Assembly (NCBI GenBank): GCA_902588965.1
Contig: CACIRD010000005.1
Coordinates: forward strand, 30,899 to 94,898
Length of the DNA: 64,000 nt
Source of the DNA: an uncultured Pelagibacteraceae bacterium
GTDB lineage: Bacteria; Pseudomonadota; Alphaproteobacteria; Pelagibacterales; Pelagibacteraceae
Direction of reading: 5' to 3'
Positions 21,345 through 29,841 of the stretch are shown here, one piece after another (the stretch's first letter is position 1; the number at the start of each line of letters is the position of its first letter). Below the pieces are notes generated by a model. The model saw only the letters and a list, made by a program, of their open reading frames with translations. It was not told the DNA's origin and did not search any database. The position numbers and the translations under genes were made by a program.

Positions 21345-21434
21345 CTAAATTGAATATACTTGTTATTTTAACTAAGTTCTAAGACATTTTGTCATAGGTT
21401 TTACATTAAATTTCTTCTATATATACTCTCACAT

Positions 21435-22274
21435 ATGCACGTAGGTATTATATTATTTTTAGTCATACTTGGTTCGGTTTTGTTTCATATATTTACACCA
21501 TGGTACTGGACCGATATTGCTTCAAACTGGGGAGGTATGGATGACACAATAACACTGACCTTTTGGGTTGGTGGAGGAGTTTTTGTGGCAGTTTGTCTTT
21601 TCATGATCTACTGTGTATTTAAATTTTCTTATAAAGAAAACAGAAGATCTGAGTACAAACCAGAAGATAAGAGATTAGAAAAAATTCTTACTTGGGCTAC
21701 AACATTAGGAGTTGTTGCACTTTTAGCACCAGGTTTAATGATTTGGAATCAGTATGTTAACGTTCCCAAAAATGCAAGAGAGGTAGATGTAATGGCTTGG
21801 CAATGGGGTTGGCAATATAGATTACCAGGAGAAGATGGAAAATTAGGTACAACAAAAATTACGAATATAAATGATGAAAACCCTTTTGGCATAAACCCTG
21901 AAGATCCTTTTGGAAAAGACGATGTAATGATTCAAAGCGATGTATTGAACTTGGAGAACAACCAACCTGTAAAAATATTGTTAAGATCGGTAGATGTTCT
22001 TCATAACTGGTATGTTCCTCAATTCAGAGCAAAAATGGATGCTGTCCCAGGAATTGTTACTTATTATTGGTTTGAACCTAATAAAGCAGGAGAATATGAA
22101 GTATTGTGTGTTGAGTATTGTGGTGTAGGCCACTACGCTATGAGAGGAACAGTCATTGTCCAAGATAATCAAGAATATGAAAATTGGTTGAAAGAACAAG
22201 AAACTTTCTCAGATTTAATAGCCAATCAAGAGAATAACATTGAAATAAACAAGAAAAAATTAGCAAAAAAATAA
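21435..22274 (+). CDS. coxB: Cytochrome c oxidase subunit II
   Basis: Two N-terminal TM helices plus a cupredoxin domain with CuA ligands (LHNWYV ... CVEYCGVGHYAM). Confidence 0.9.
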   Translation: MHVGIILFLVILGSVLFHIFTPWYWTDIASNWGGMDDTITLTFWVGGGVFVAVCLFMIYCVFKFSYKENRRSEYKPEDKRLEKILTWATTLGVVALLAPGLMIWNQYVNVPKNAREVDVMAWQWGWQYRLPGEDGKLGTTKITNINDENPFGINPEDPFGKDDVMIQSDVLNLENNQPVKILLRSVDVLHNWYVPQFRAKMDAVPGIVTYYWFEPNKAGEYEVLCVEYCGVGHYAMRGTVIVQDNQEYENWLKEQETFSDLIANQENNIEINKKKLAKK

Positions 22275-22316
22275 TTTGAATGAATAAAAAATTTATATAA
22301 AACAGGGGATTAGATT

Positions 22317-24152
22317 ATGTCTGAAGATTATAATGATAACAAAACTATACAAGCTCAATCATCAGAGGCTATTTCTGGTGGTGGCTCAGTGTCTCCAGAT
22401 TTAGATTATGTTAGGCCAGCTGAGATACCTGATCAAGATCTATATCATGGACACAGTTTTTTAACCAAGTGGGTTTTTTGTCAAGATGCCAAAGTTATTG
22501 GAGTTCAATATTTTCTTTTAGCAACTTTTACAGGAATAATTGGACTAATTCTTTCATGGTTGATGCGTTTACAACTTGGATTTCCAGGCGCTGCAGGTTT
22601 TATGACAGCAGAACATTATTATCAATTTGTAACAATGCATGGAATGATAATGGTAGTTTATTTTTTAACAGCTCTTTTTCTTGGAGGATTTGGTAATTTT
22701 TTAATTCCTTTAATGGTAGGTGCTAGAGATATGGTCTTTCCATATCTTAATATGGTAAGTTTTTGGTCTTTTTTTGTAGCTGTTGCAGTTCTATTAGCAA
22801 GTTTTTTTGTACCAGGTGGACCAACTGGTGCCGGCTGGACATTATATCCTCCTCAAACAATTTTAGAAGGTACTCCAGGATCAGGTTGGGGAATATTGCT
22901 AATGTGTATTTCACTTATTTTATTTGTAGCTGGTTTTACAATGGGCGGACTTAACTATTTAATTACTGTACTGCAGGCACGAACAAGAGGGATGACATTA
23001 ATGAGAATGCCGCTAACAGTTTGGGGAATTTTTACGGCGACTGTTTTAGCAATGTTAGCATTTCCAGCATTACTAGTAGGCGCTTTGATGATGACTTTAG
23101 ATAAAGTACTACAAACTAGCTTCTTTATGCCAACAATACTTAAAGCAGGTGAAGTATTGGAATATGGTGGAGGAAGTCCAATTTTATTTCAACACTTATT
23201 TTGGTTTTTCGGGCATCCAGAGGTATATATAGTTGCACTTCCAGCATTTGGAATTGTCTCGGACTTGATATCAGTTCATGCTAGAAAAAATATTTTTGGT
23301 TATAGAATGATGGTTTGGGCAATTGTTGGTATCGGTGCTTTAAGCTTTTTTGTTTGGGCACACCATATGTATGTTAGTGGAATGAACCCTTGGTTTGGAT
23401 TCTTTTTTGCTACAACAACTTTAATAATTGCAGTCCCTACTGCTATGAAGGTGTATAATTGGATTTTAACTTTATGGAGAGGTAATATTAGAATGAATGT
23501 GGTGATGCTATGGTGTTTAGGCTTCATTATAACATTTGTTAACGGAGGTATAACTGGTATTTTTTTAGGGAATGTTTCAGTTGATGTTCCACTTTCAGAT
23601 ACTTACTTTGTAATCGCCCATTTCCATATGGTTATGGGAATAGCTCCACTTATGGTAATAATGGGAGCCGTTTATCATTGGTTTCCTCTAGTTTCTGGGA
23701 GATTTTTAGATGAAAAATTAGGCAAATGGCACTTTTGGTTAACTTTTTTAGGAGCTTATTCAATTTATTTTCCAATGCACTACTTAGGTTTTATTGGAGT
23801 TCCAAGAAGATATTTTGAAATGTACGATAGTCCATATATGACTTCAGCTGTTGGAATGAATGAATTTATAAGTACTGCAGCTTTTATAGTGGGAGCTGCG
23901 CAATTTATTTTAATTTATAATATAATTAAAACTTTAAAAACTGGAAAACCAGCTGGACACAATCCTTGGAAAGCAAATTCTCTAGAATGGCTCACACCAA
24001 AGGTACCACCAGAACACGGAAACTGGGGTGAAAGATTGCCAGTAGTGCATAGATGGCCATATGATTTTAGTGTTCCAGGCGCAAAGGAAGATTTTATTCC
24101 TCAAACTACTCCTCCAAGCGAAGTAGCACATACCGAGGCAGAGAAAACATAA
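22317..24152 (+). CDS. coxA: Cytochrome c oxidase subunit I
   Basis: 611-aa polytopic protein with FFGHPEVYI, WAHHMYVSG and VIAHFHMVMG heme/CuB ligand motifs. Confidence 0.97.
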   Translation: MSEDYNDNKTIQAQSSEAISGGGSVSPDLDYVRPAEIPDQDLYHGHSFLTKWVFCQDAKVIGVQYFLLATFTGIIGLILSWLMRLQLGFPGAAGFMTAEHYYQFVTMHGMIMVVYFLTALFLGGFGNFLIPLMVGARDMVFPYLNMVSFWSFFVAVAVLLASFFVPGGPTGAGWTLYPPQTILEGTPGSGWGILLMCISLILFVAGFTMGGLNYLITVLQARTRGMTLMRMPLTVWGIFTATVLAMLAFPALLVGALMMTLDKVLQTSFFMPTILKAGEVLEYGGGSPILFQHLFWFFGHPEVYIVALPAFGIVSDLISVHARKNIFGYRMMVWAIVGIGALSFFVWAHHMYVSGMNPWFGFFFATTTLIIAVPTAMKVYNWILTLWRGNIRMNVVMLWCLGFIITFVNGGITGIFLGNVSVDVPLSDTYFVIAHFHMVMGIAPLMVIMGAVYHWFPLVSGRFLDEKLGKWHFWLTFLGAYSIYFPMHYLGFIGVPRRYFEMYDSPYMTSAVGMNEFISTAAFIVGAAQFILIYNIIKTLKTGKPAGHNPWKANSLEWLTPKVPPEHGNWGERLPVVHRWPYDFSVPGAKEDFIPQTTPPSEVAHTEAEKT

Positions 24153-24158
24153 CTTTTT

Positions 24159-24869
24159 ATGTCTGATCCAAAAATAGAAGGTTTAGCATTAAAGCCAGGG
24201 TTTAAAGGCATGGCTGAGGACACTAGCTCTGACCAGACAATGTTTAAGGGCGTTCATTGGGGTAAAGCGATGATGTGGATTTTTTTGTTAAGTGATACAT
24301 TTATATTTAGCTGTTTTCTTATTTCCTACATGAAAGGTAGGGGCTCAACTCCTGTGGAGTGGCCAAATCCAAGTGAAGTTTTTGCTTTAGATGCTTTTGG
24401 TGTTCCAGTACCTTTGCTTTTAATTGCAATAATGACGTTTGTTTTAATTACTAGCAGCGGAACTATGGCTCTAGCAGTTAAATATGGGTATGAGAAAAAC
24501 AGGAAAATGTGTGGATGGCTAGTTTTAGCAACAGCTATCGGAGGATTAACTTTTGTTGGTATGCAGGCTTTTGAATGGTCTAAACTAATACATGAAGGCG
24601 TAAGACCATGGGAAAACCCATTTGGCGCTGCTCAATTTGGATCATTCTTTTTTATGATAACCGGTTTTCATGGCACGCACGTTTCAATTGGTGTAATTTT
24701 TTTATTTATATATGCCTATAAAGTTTTTGCTGGACATTACGATAGCGGCAAAAGAGGATGGTTTACCTCGATGAAAGGTGATTATGTAGAAATAGAAATT
24801 CTTGGTCTTTACTGGCACTTTGTAGATTTAGTATGGGTTTTTATTTTTGCATTTTTCTATTTATGGTAA
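24159..24869 (+). CDS. coxC: Cytochrome c oxidase subunit III
   Basis: FHGTHVSIGVIFL and LYWHFVDLVWVFIF motifs; 236 aa. Confidence 0.9.
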   Translation: MSDPKIEGLALKPGFKGMAEDTSSDQTMFKGVHWGKAMMWIFLLSDTFIFSCFLISYMKGRGSTPVEWPNPSEVFALDAFGVPVPLLLIAIMTFVLITSSGTMALAVKYGYEKNRKMCGWLVLATAIGGLTFVGMQAFEWSKLIHEGVRPWENPFGAAQFGSFFFMITGFHGTHVSIGVIFLFIYAYKVFAGHYDSGKRGWFTSMKGDYVEIEILGLYWHFVDLVWVFIFAFFYLW

Positions 24870-24877
24870 GATAACTT

Positions 24878-25213
24878 ATGAGCGAAACAGATAAACAAGA
24901 TCAAACTACAACTCACAAAATAGGTATATATCTTTGGATATGGGGTCTTCTGTTTGTGCTAAGTTTTTTTTCTTACATGGTAGACTGGTATCAATTTCAA
25001 GGAATGCTTAGATGGTCTCTTATATTATTTTTTATGTTTCTTAAAGCTGGGCTTATAATGGCTTTTTTCATGCATTTATTTTGGGAGCGTTACGCACTTG
25101 TAAATGTTCTTTTATGGCCAATGACAGCAATAGCCTGCTTTATTTTTTTAATGGTAGCGGAATATCAATATACACTATTTACAAGATTATTTTATTTCTT
25201 TGTGGGAGGTTAA
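24878..25213 (+). CDS. Cytochrome oxidase subunit IV-family small membrane protein (CtaF/CyoD-like)
   Basis: 111-aa three-TM protein placed directly after subunit III, as in ctaCDEF/cyoABCD operons. The call rests mainly on position and topology. Confidence 0.65.
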   Translation: MSETDKQDQTTTHKIGIYLWIWGLLFVLSFFSYMVDWYQFQGMLRWSLILFFMFLKAGLIMAFFMHLFWERYALVNVLLWPMTAIACFIFLMVAEYQYTLFTRLFYFFVGG

Positions 25214-25218
25214 AGATA

Positions 25219-25482
25219 ATGGATGGATACACTATACTTGCAGGTTTATTGATATTTTTTGTTTTTTTCATTTATATTACCTGGTTCGGGTTTTCAATTA
25301 AAGTAGAGAATGAAAAAAATGAAGGTTCTAAGATTAAAATAAATCCTTATGATCAACTGCCAATACATAGAAAAATAATTGATAAAAAAAATAGTCGTGT
25401 TGGCATATTTGACCTTGGCAATCATGTTTTAATTATAGGGTTAATTCTAATTGTAATATTTGTATCACTGAATGTAGATTAA
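25219..25482 (+). CDS. Hypothetical 87-aa two-TM membrane protein within the oxidase operon
   Basis: The ATG at 25219 is preceded by GGAGGT (25205-25210). The protein has an N-terminal TM (ILAGLLIFFVFFIYITWFGF), a hydrophilic loop and a C-terminal TM. The ORF-track start at 25081 overlaps the subunit IV gene and is unlikely. Confidence 0.45.
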   Translation: MDGYTILAGLLIFFVFFIYITWFGFSIKVENEKNEGSKIKINPYDQLPIHRKIIDKKNSRVGIFDLGNHVLIIGLILIVIFVSLNVD

Positions 25483-25484
25483 AA

Positions 25485-26396
25485 GTGACAACAAATACAA
25501 TAAATAAAAAAACCGTCTCATTTAATATTTTATCTTACTTCAAATCGTTAGTTCTTTTGATGAAGCCAAGAGTAATGTCCCTAGTAATATTTACTTGTGC
25601 TGTAGGATTATTAACATCGCCGGATACAGTACCGTTATTAAAAGCCATGACGAGTATTTTTTTTGTTGCAATAGGAGCGGGTGCAGCTGGGACATTAAAT
25701 ATGTGGTATGAAGCCGACCTTGATAAGTTAATGACGAGAACATGTTTGAGACCTATACCTACAGGAAAAATTAACAGAAAAGATGCTTTATGGTTTGGAA
25801 TAATTCTATCGATTGTTTCAATTTGTGGGCTTTATTATTTTTCAAATTTTTTATCAGCATCATTATTATTTTTTACAATTGCCTTCTATGTTTTTGTCTA
25901 TACGATTTGGCTAAAAAGAAAGACACCACAAAATATTGTAATAGGAGGTGCATCAGGCGCTCTGCCGCCGGTTATAGGCTGGACTATAGCGACAAATTCT
26001 CTGACCTTTGAACCTTTGACATTTTTTTTGATTATATTTTATTGGACACCTTCTCATTTTTGGGCTTTAAGTCTTTATAAAGCCAAGGATTACGAAAAAG
26101 CAAAAATTCCAATGCTGCCAATTACAAATGGAATTGAAGCTACGAAAAAGAAAATTTTTGTTTATTCCTTGTTTATGCTACCAATAGTCATACTGCCTTA
26201 CTATATTGGTTTTAGTGGTAATTTGTATCTTGTTATTTCACTGTTTCTTACCCTGTATTATAATTTTATTTGTTATGATTTATTTAGATTTAAAAAAAAT
26301 AGATTTGAATTAAAAAAGGCGAAAAAAGTATTCTCTTATTCAATATTTTATCTATTTTTAATTTTTGTTTTATTTTTAGTAGACAAATTAATTTAA
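25485..26396 (+). CDS. ctaB: Protoheme IX farnesyltransferase (heme O synthase)
   Basis: NMWYEADLDKLMTRTCLRPIP, IGGASGALPP and WTPSHFWALS; GTG start. Confidence 0.9.
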   Translation: MTTNTINKKTVSFNILSYFKSLVLLMKPRVMSLVIFTCAVGLLTSPDTVPLLKAMTSIFFVAIGAGAAGTLNMWYEADLDKLMTRTCLRPIPTGKINRKDALWFGIILSIVSICGLYYFSNFLSASLLFFTIAFYVFVYTIWLKRKTPQNIVIGGASGALPPVIGWTIATNSLTFEPLTFFLIIFYWTPSHFWALSLYKAKDYEKAKIPMLPITNGIEATKKKIFVYSLFMLPIVILPYYIGFSGNLYLVISLFLTLYYNFICYDLFRFKKNRFELKKAKKVFSYSIFYLFLIFVLFLVDKLI

Positions 26397-26460
26397 TTTA
26401 TAAACTGAAATTTAAATTTATTTATCATTTTAAATATTGTATTAATAAACTACAATTTAA

Positions 26461-26940
26461 ATGAATAATAAAAAAAAGTTGAACCAAGTAGGTTTGCCTG
26501 TAATTTTTATTATATTAATACTTTTCTCATTTTTAATAGCTATGTTCTCAGAATTAAGAGAAAAGAACATTCCAGTTAAAACTATTACTTTAAAATTTGA
26601 TACTGTTGTGGATAATAGTTTAAACTTGAAATTTGATTCTATGGAAAGTTCAATAAAAGCAAAAATTGGACAAGTTTATAAGATAAATTTTTTTATAGAA
26701 AATCAGGATTTTAAGGAAATATATGGAAAAGCTATATATGAAGTAAAGCCAAGTTTTTTTAAAGAGTATTTTGTTGAAATTGACTGCTTTTGTTATAAAC
26801 AACAAACATTATTACCAGGAGAAAAGTCAAAATACTCTATTACTTTTTATGTAGATAAGAATATTTTTAAAAATTTAAAATTTAAAGATTCTTTTGATTT
26901 TAATATTATTTATACTTTTTTAAATACAAAAAAAAATTAG
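26461..26940 (+). CDS. ctaG: Cytochrome c oxidase assembly protein CtaG/Cox11
   Basis: Single N-terminal TM followed by a soluble domain with the copper motif CFCYKQQTL. Confidence 0.75.
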   Translation: MNNKKKLNQVGLPVIFIILILFSFLIAMFSELREKNIPVKTITLKFDTVVDNSLNLKFDSMESSIKAKIGQVYKINFFIENQDFKEIYGKAIYEVKPSFFKEYFVEIDCFCYKQQTLLPGEKSKYSITFYVDKNIFKNLKFKDSFDFNIIYTFLNTKKN

Positions 26941-26948
26941 AAAAACTT

Positions 26949-28316
26949 ATGAAATATACAAGTACAAGAAATAATACAAACGAATTTACATTTGAAAAAG
27001 TATTTATCAAAGGGTTATCAGATGAAGGTGGATTGTTTGTGCCTAAAGATTTAAAAAAATTTTCAGATGAAGATTTAAAAAAGTTTGCAAAATTAGACTA
27101 TAACAATTTAGCAACCGAAATAATATTTCAGTTCTCCGGTAGTTTTATTACAAAAGAAAAATTACATCAACTTATTATAAAATCTTACAAAAAGTTTAGA
27201 GAAAAAAATATTGTTAAAATAATTGATATTGAAGGTATTAAATTACTTGAACTATTTCATGGTCCTACATTAGCATTTAAAGATATAGCAATGCAATTTA
27301 TTGGAAATTTATATGAATATTATTTAGAAAAAAATAATCATAAAATAAATATTATAGTTGCTACATCAGGCGATACTGGCGCTGCAGCTATAGATGCTAT
27401 AAAAGGAAAAAAAAATATCAATATTTTTGTCCTTCATCCTCAAAATAAAATTTCTTCTGTTCAAAGAAAAATAATGACTACTGTAGATGAAAATAATGTT
27501 TTTAATATTGCAGTTGATGGAAACTTTGATGATTGTCAAAATATCGTAAAACAAATGTTTTCCGATCTTGATTTTTCTAAATCTATAAATATGTCGGGAG
27601 TGAATTCAATTAATTGGGCAAGAATTATTGCCCAATCAGTATATTATTTTTACACTTATTTTAAACTTGGAAAAGAAACTATCTCTTTTTCAGTTCCAAC
27701 AGGAAACTTTGGTGATGTTTTTGCAGGTTACCTTGCAAAAAAAATGGGACTACCAATTGATAAATTAATTGTTGCAACAAACGATAACGATATTTTGCAC
27801 AGAGCGATTTCAAAAGGAGATTATATTTCAAAAGAAGTTAAAGAAACATTCTCACCTAGTATGGATATTCAATTAGCAAGTAACTTTGAAAGATTAATAT
27901 ATTATATAAATGATTCTGACTCTCAAAAAACATCAGAAATAATGAAAAAAGTTAAAAAAAATTCTTATAAAATTGAAAAGAATAATTTAGATATCATTCA
28001 AAAGGATTTTTTATCTGAAAGTTGTAATGAAAAAGAAACTTTAGACATTATTAAAAAAAATTATAAAGAAAATAATATAATATTAGATCCACATACAGCT
28101 GTTGGAGTAGGGGCTGCAAAAAAACTATCTTTTAATGATTGTGTAGTTTTATCAACTGCACATCCATGTAAATTCCCAGATGCTACAAAAAAGGCCATAA
28201 ATGTACATGAAAAATTACCAAAAGAACTTCGACACGTACTAGATAAAGATGAAAATTTTCAAGTATTAAAAAACAATACAGAAGATGTAAAAAACTTTAT
28301 TAAAAGCAAAATTTAG
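26949..28316 (+). CDS. thrC: Threonine synthase
   Basis: FHGPTLAFKDIA (PLP lysine) and SGDTGAAA; 455 aa long-form ThrC. Confidence 0.92.
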   Translation: MKYTSTRNNTNEFTFEKVFIKGLSDEGGLFVPKDLKKFSDEDLKKFAKLDYNNLATEIIFQFSGSFITKEKLHQLIIKSYKKFREKNIVKIIDIEGIKLLELFHGPTLAFKDIAMQFIGNLYEYYLEKNNHKINIIVATSGDTGAAAIDAIKGKKNINIFVLHPQNKISSVQRKIMTTVDENNVFNIAVDGNFDDCQNIVKQMFSDLDFSKSINMSGVNSINWARIIAQSVYYFYTYFKLGKETISFSVPTGNFGDVFAGYLAKKMGLPIDKLIVATNDNDILHRAISKGDYISKEVKETFSPSMDIQLASNFERLIYYINDSDSQKTSEIMKKVKKNSYKIEKNNLDIIQKDFLSESCNEKETLDIIKKNYKENNIILDPHTAVGVGAAKKLSFNDCVVLSTAHPCKFPDATKKAINVHEKLPKELRHVLDKDENFQVLKNNTEDVKNFIKSKI

Positions 28317-28322
28317 AAGCTT

Positions 28323-28877
28323 GTGTTCAAAAGAATTATAATCATCTTTTTTATTGGAGTTTTAAACATCAATAACAGCGCCTTCTCTGAAGATAAAATT
28401 TTAAAATCTCTTAAAGAAGGTAAAAAATTAATTTTTATAAGACATGCTATCGCACCTGGAAATGGTGATCCAAATAATTTTGATATAAATGACTGCTCTA
28501 CTCAAAGAAATTTGGATGAAAATGGAATTGAGGAGTCTAAAAAAATTGGTCTATTTTTTAGAAATAATAAAATACAAATTGATAAAGTACTTTCAAGTCA
28601 ATGGTGCAGATGTAAAGACACAGCAGAGCACGCATTTAAAAATTTTGAAATATTTGATGCTTTAAACTCATTTTATGATGTGAAATTTGCCGCAAATGAA
28701 GAAAAACAAATTAAAGATTTGAAAAATTATATAAAAAACTGGAATAGTGATAAAAATTTAGTTTTAATAACTCACTTCGTAGTTATTTCATCAATTTTAA
28801 ATACAGGATCATCCTCTGGAGAAATTATAATTTCTGACAAAAATTTTAATATTATTGGTAGTATTGATATGATGTAA
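28323..28877 (+). CDS. Histidine phosphatase family protein, secreted
   Basis: Signal peptide followed by RHAIAPGNGDP (RHG-type catalytic motif) and a later ITHFVV region; GTG start. Confidence 0.7.
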   Translation: MFKRIIIIFFIGVLNINNSAFSEDKILKSLKEGKKLIFIRHAIAPGNGDPNNFDINDCSTQRNLDENGIEESKKIGLFFRNNKIQIDKVLSSQWCRCKDTAEHAFKNFEIFDALNSFYDVKFAANEEKQIKDLKNYIKNWNSDKNLVLITHFVVISSILNTGSSSGEIIISDKNFNIIGSIDMM

Positions 28878-28881
28878 GAGA

Positions 28882-28901
28882 CGTTCTGTTGCCAGGTGCC
28901 C
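28882..28901. repeat. Direct repeat copy 1: CGTTCTGTTGCCAGGTGCCC
   Basis: The 20-nt GC-rich string starts 4 nt after the stop of the phosphatase gene and is identical to 29396-29415. Flanking positions extend the similarity to AAGnGn on the 5' side. Confidence 0.95.
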
Positions 28902-28914
28902 TGAACTTTGTACC

Positions 28915-28930
28915 ATTATTCGCGAATAAT
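28915..28930. repeat. Perfect 16-bp palindrome ATTATTCGCGAATAAT (function unknown; possible operator)
   Basis: Read directly from the sequence; ATTATTCG is followed by its exact reverse complement CGAATAAT. It lies in the 140-bp gap upstream of the orphan ORF. Confidence 0.9.
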
Positions 28931-29023
28931 TTGAATTGAAAAGCCCAGAATATAATAAATAGTATGCCACTACTGTGCCAAAATTCATACTTTTAAATCT
29001 TTAAATGAATTTTATGTTTGAGT

Positions 29024-29386
29024 ATGAAAAAAATTCTAGTAGTTACTATATTTTTTTTAATATTATTTATTAATTATAATTATTTATCAGCTGAAAATTT
29101 AGTCTGTAAAAATGAAAAAAATAATGAAACTATTAATGTATTCTATACTTTTGATAAAATAGAAGTAGAAGATAAAGTATTCTCAGAAATTTTTGTTTTT
29201 GGAAATGGTATGTCAGGAGAATATTATAAATATAAAAGTCTTTTTTTGGGACTTGGTAAAACCTTAGATGAGAAGTGGGAAATTGACATTGAATTGAGAA
29301 ACCCTAAAACTGTATCTTTAAGTAAGTTTAAATATTATGCTGATGAACCGAAAAAAATAAGTGATAATTCTTTTTTGTGTAGATAG
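29024..29386 (+). CDS. Hypothetical secreted protein (orphan, ~120 aa)
   Basis: From the ATG at 29024 the protein reads MKKILVVTIFFLILFINYNYLSAEN (signal peptide). The mature part has two Cys, one near each end, and no recognisable family. It is bracketed by the 20-bp direct repeats. Confidence 0.5.
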   Translation: MKKILVVTIFFLILFINYNYLSAENLVCKNEKNNETINVFYTFDKIEVEDKVFSEIFVFGNGMSGEYYKYKSLFLGLGKTLDEKWEIDIELRNPKTVSLSKFKYYADEPKKISDNSFLCR

Positions 29387-29395
29387 TTGAAGTGG

Positions 29396-29415
29396 CGTTC
29401 TGTTGCCAGGTGCCC
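29396..29415. repeat. Direct repeat copy 2: CGTTCTGTTGCCAGGTGCCC
   Basis: Identical to 28882-28901. It lies 9 nt after the orphan ORF stop and 3 nt from the stop of the convergent rnhA. Confidence 0.95.
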
Positions 29416-29418
29416 CAA

Positions 29419-29841
29419 CTACAAGTTTGCAGCTTCCTTAGCAATTAAGTCTACTTCATTATTTAACTTATCAGTAGAATGTGCTTTTACCCAATTCCAA
29501 CTTATATCAAATTCATTAGTTAAAAGATCTAATGCAGTCCATAATTCTTTGTTTTTAACATCTTGTTTATTTGCGGTTTTCCATCCATTCTTTTTCCAAT
29601 TATGGATCCACTCAGTTATTCCTGACTTTACATATTTAGAGTCTGTAAATATTTGAACTTTGCTACCTTTAGGAATTTTCTTTAAAGCTTCAATTGGAGC
29701 AAGTAGTTCCATCTGATTGTTTGTAGTATTTTTGTAGCTTCCTTTTATCTGAGTTTTTTTTCCATCATCGATAATTATTGCTGCCCATCCACCATTTCCT
29801 GGATTTTCTAAACAAGAACCATCAGTATAAATTTTAATCAT
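29419..29841 (-). CDS. rnhA: Ribonuclease HI
   Basis: MIKIYTDGSCLENPGNGGWAAI, NNQMEL, TDSKYV and a C-terminal NNEVDLIAKEA. Confidence 0.93.
   Translation of the reverse strand: MIKIYTDGSCLENPGNGGWAAIIIDDGKKTQIKGSYKNTTNNQMELLAPIEALKKIPKGSKVQIFTDSKYVKSGITEWIHNWKKNGWKTANKQDVKNKELWTALDLLTNEFDISWNWVKAHSTDKLNNEVDLIAKEAANL

Noticed and set aside
22469-23527. Short alternative-frame ORFs inside coxA (22469-22696, 22763-22954, 23300-23527 minus), and similar ones inside ileS, msbA, thrC, ctaB and cca.
   Set aside because: They are embedded in strongly supported genes and have no motifs, so they are frame noise.
28882-28901. The repeat CTGTTGCCAGGTGCCC loosely resembles the CUGUUUACCAGGUCAGGUCC segment of 4.5S/SRP RNA.
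   Set aside because: The conserved GGAA tetraloop and AGCAGCC partner strand are missing from the flanks, no extended helix can be drawn, and the motif occurs twice. It is unlikely to be ffs.
28915-28950. The palindrome region TTCGCGAATAA-TTTGAA-TTGAAAAGCCC as a possible XerCD dif site.
   Set aside because: The right arm does not resemble the conserved XerD arm (TTATGTTAAAT-like). Only the left half has a vague similarity to GTGCGCATAA.
29387-29656. An 89-aa plus-strand ORF starting at the second repeat copy.
   Set aside because: It is entirely antisense to the well-supported rnhA gene, its composition is odd (Cys/Phe/Ser-rich), and it is a shadow ORF.
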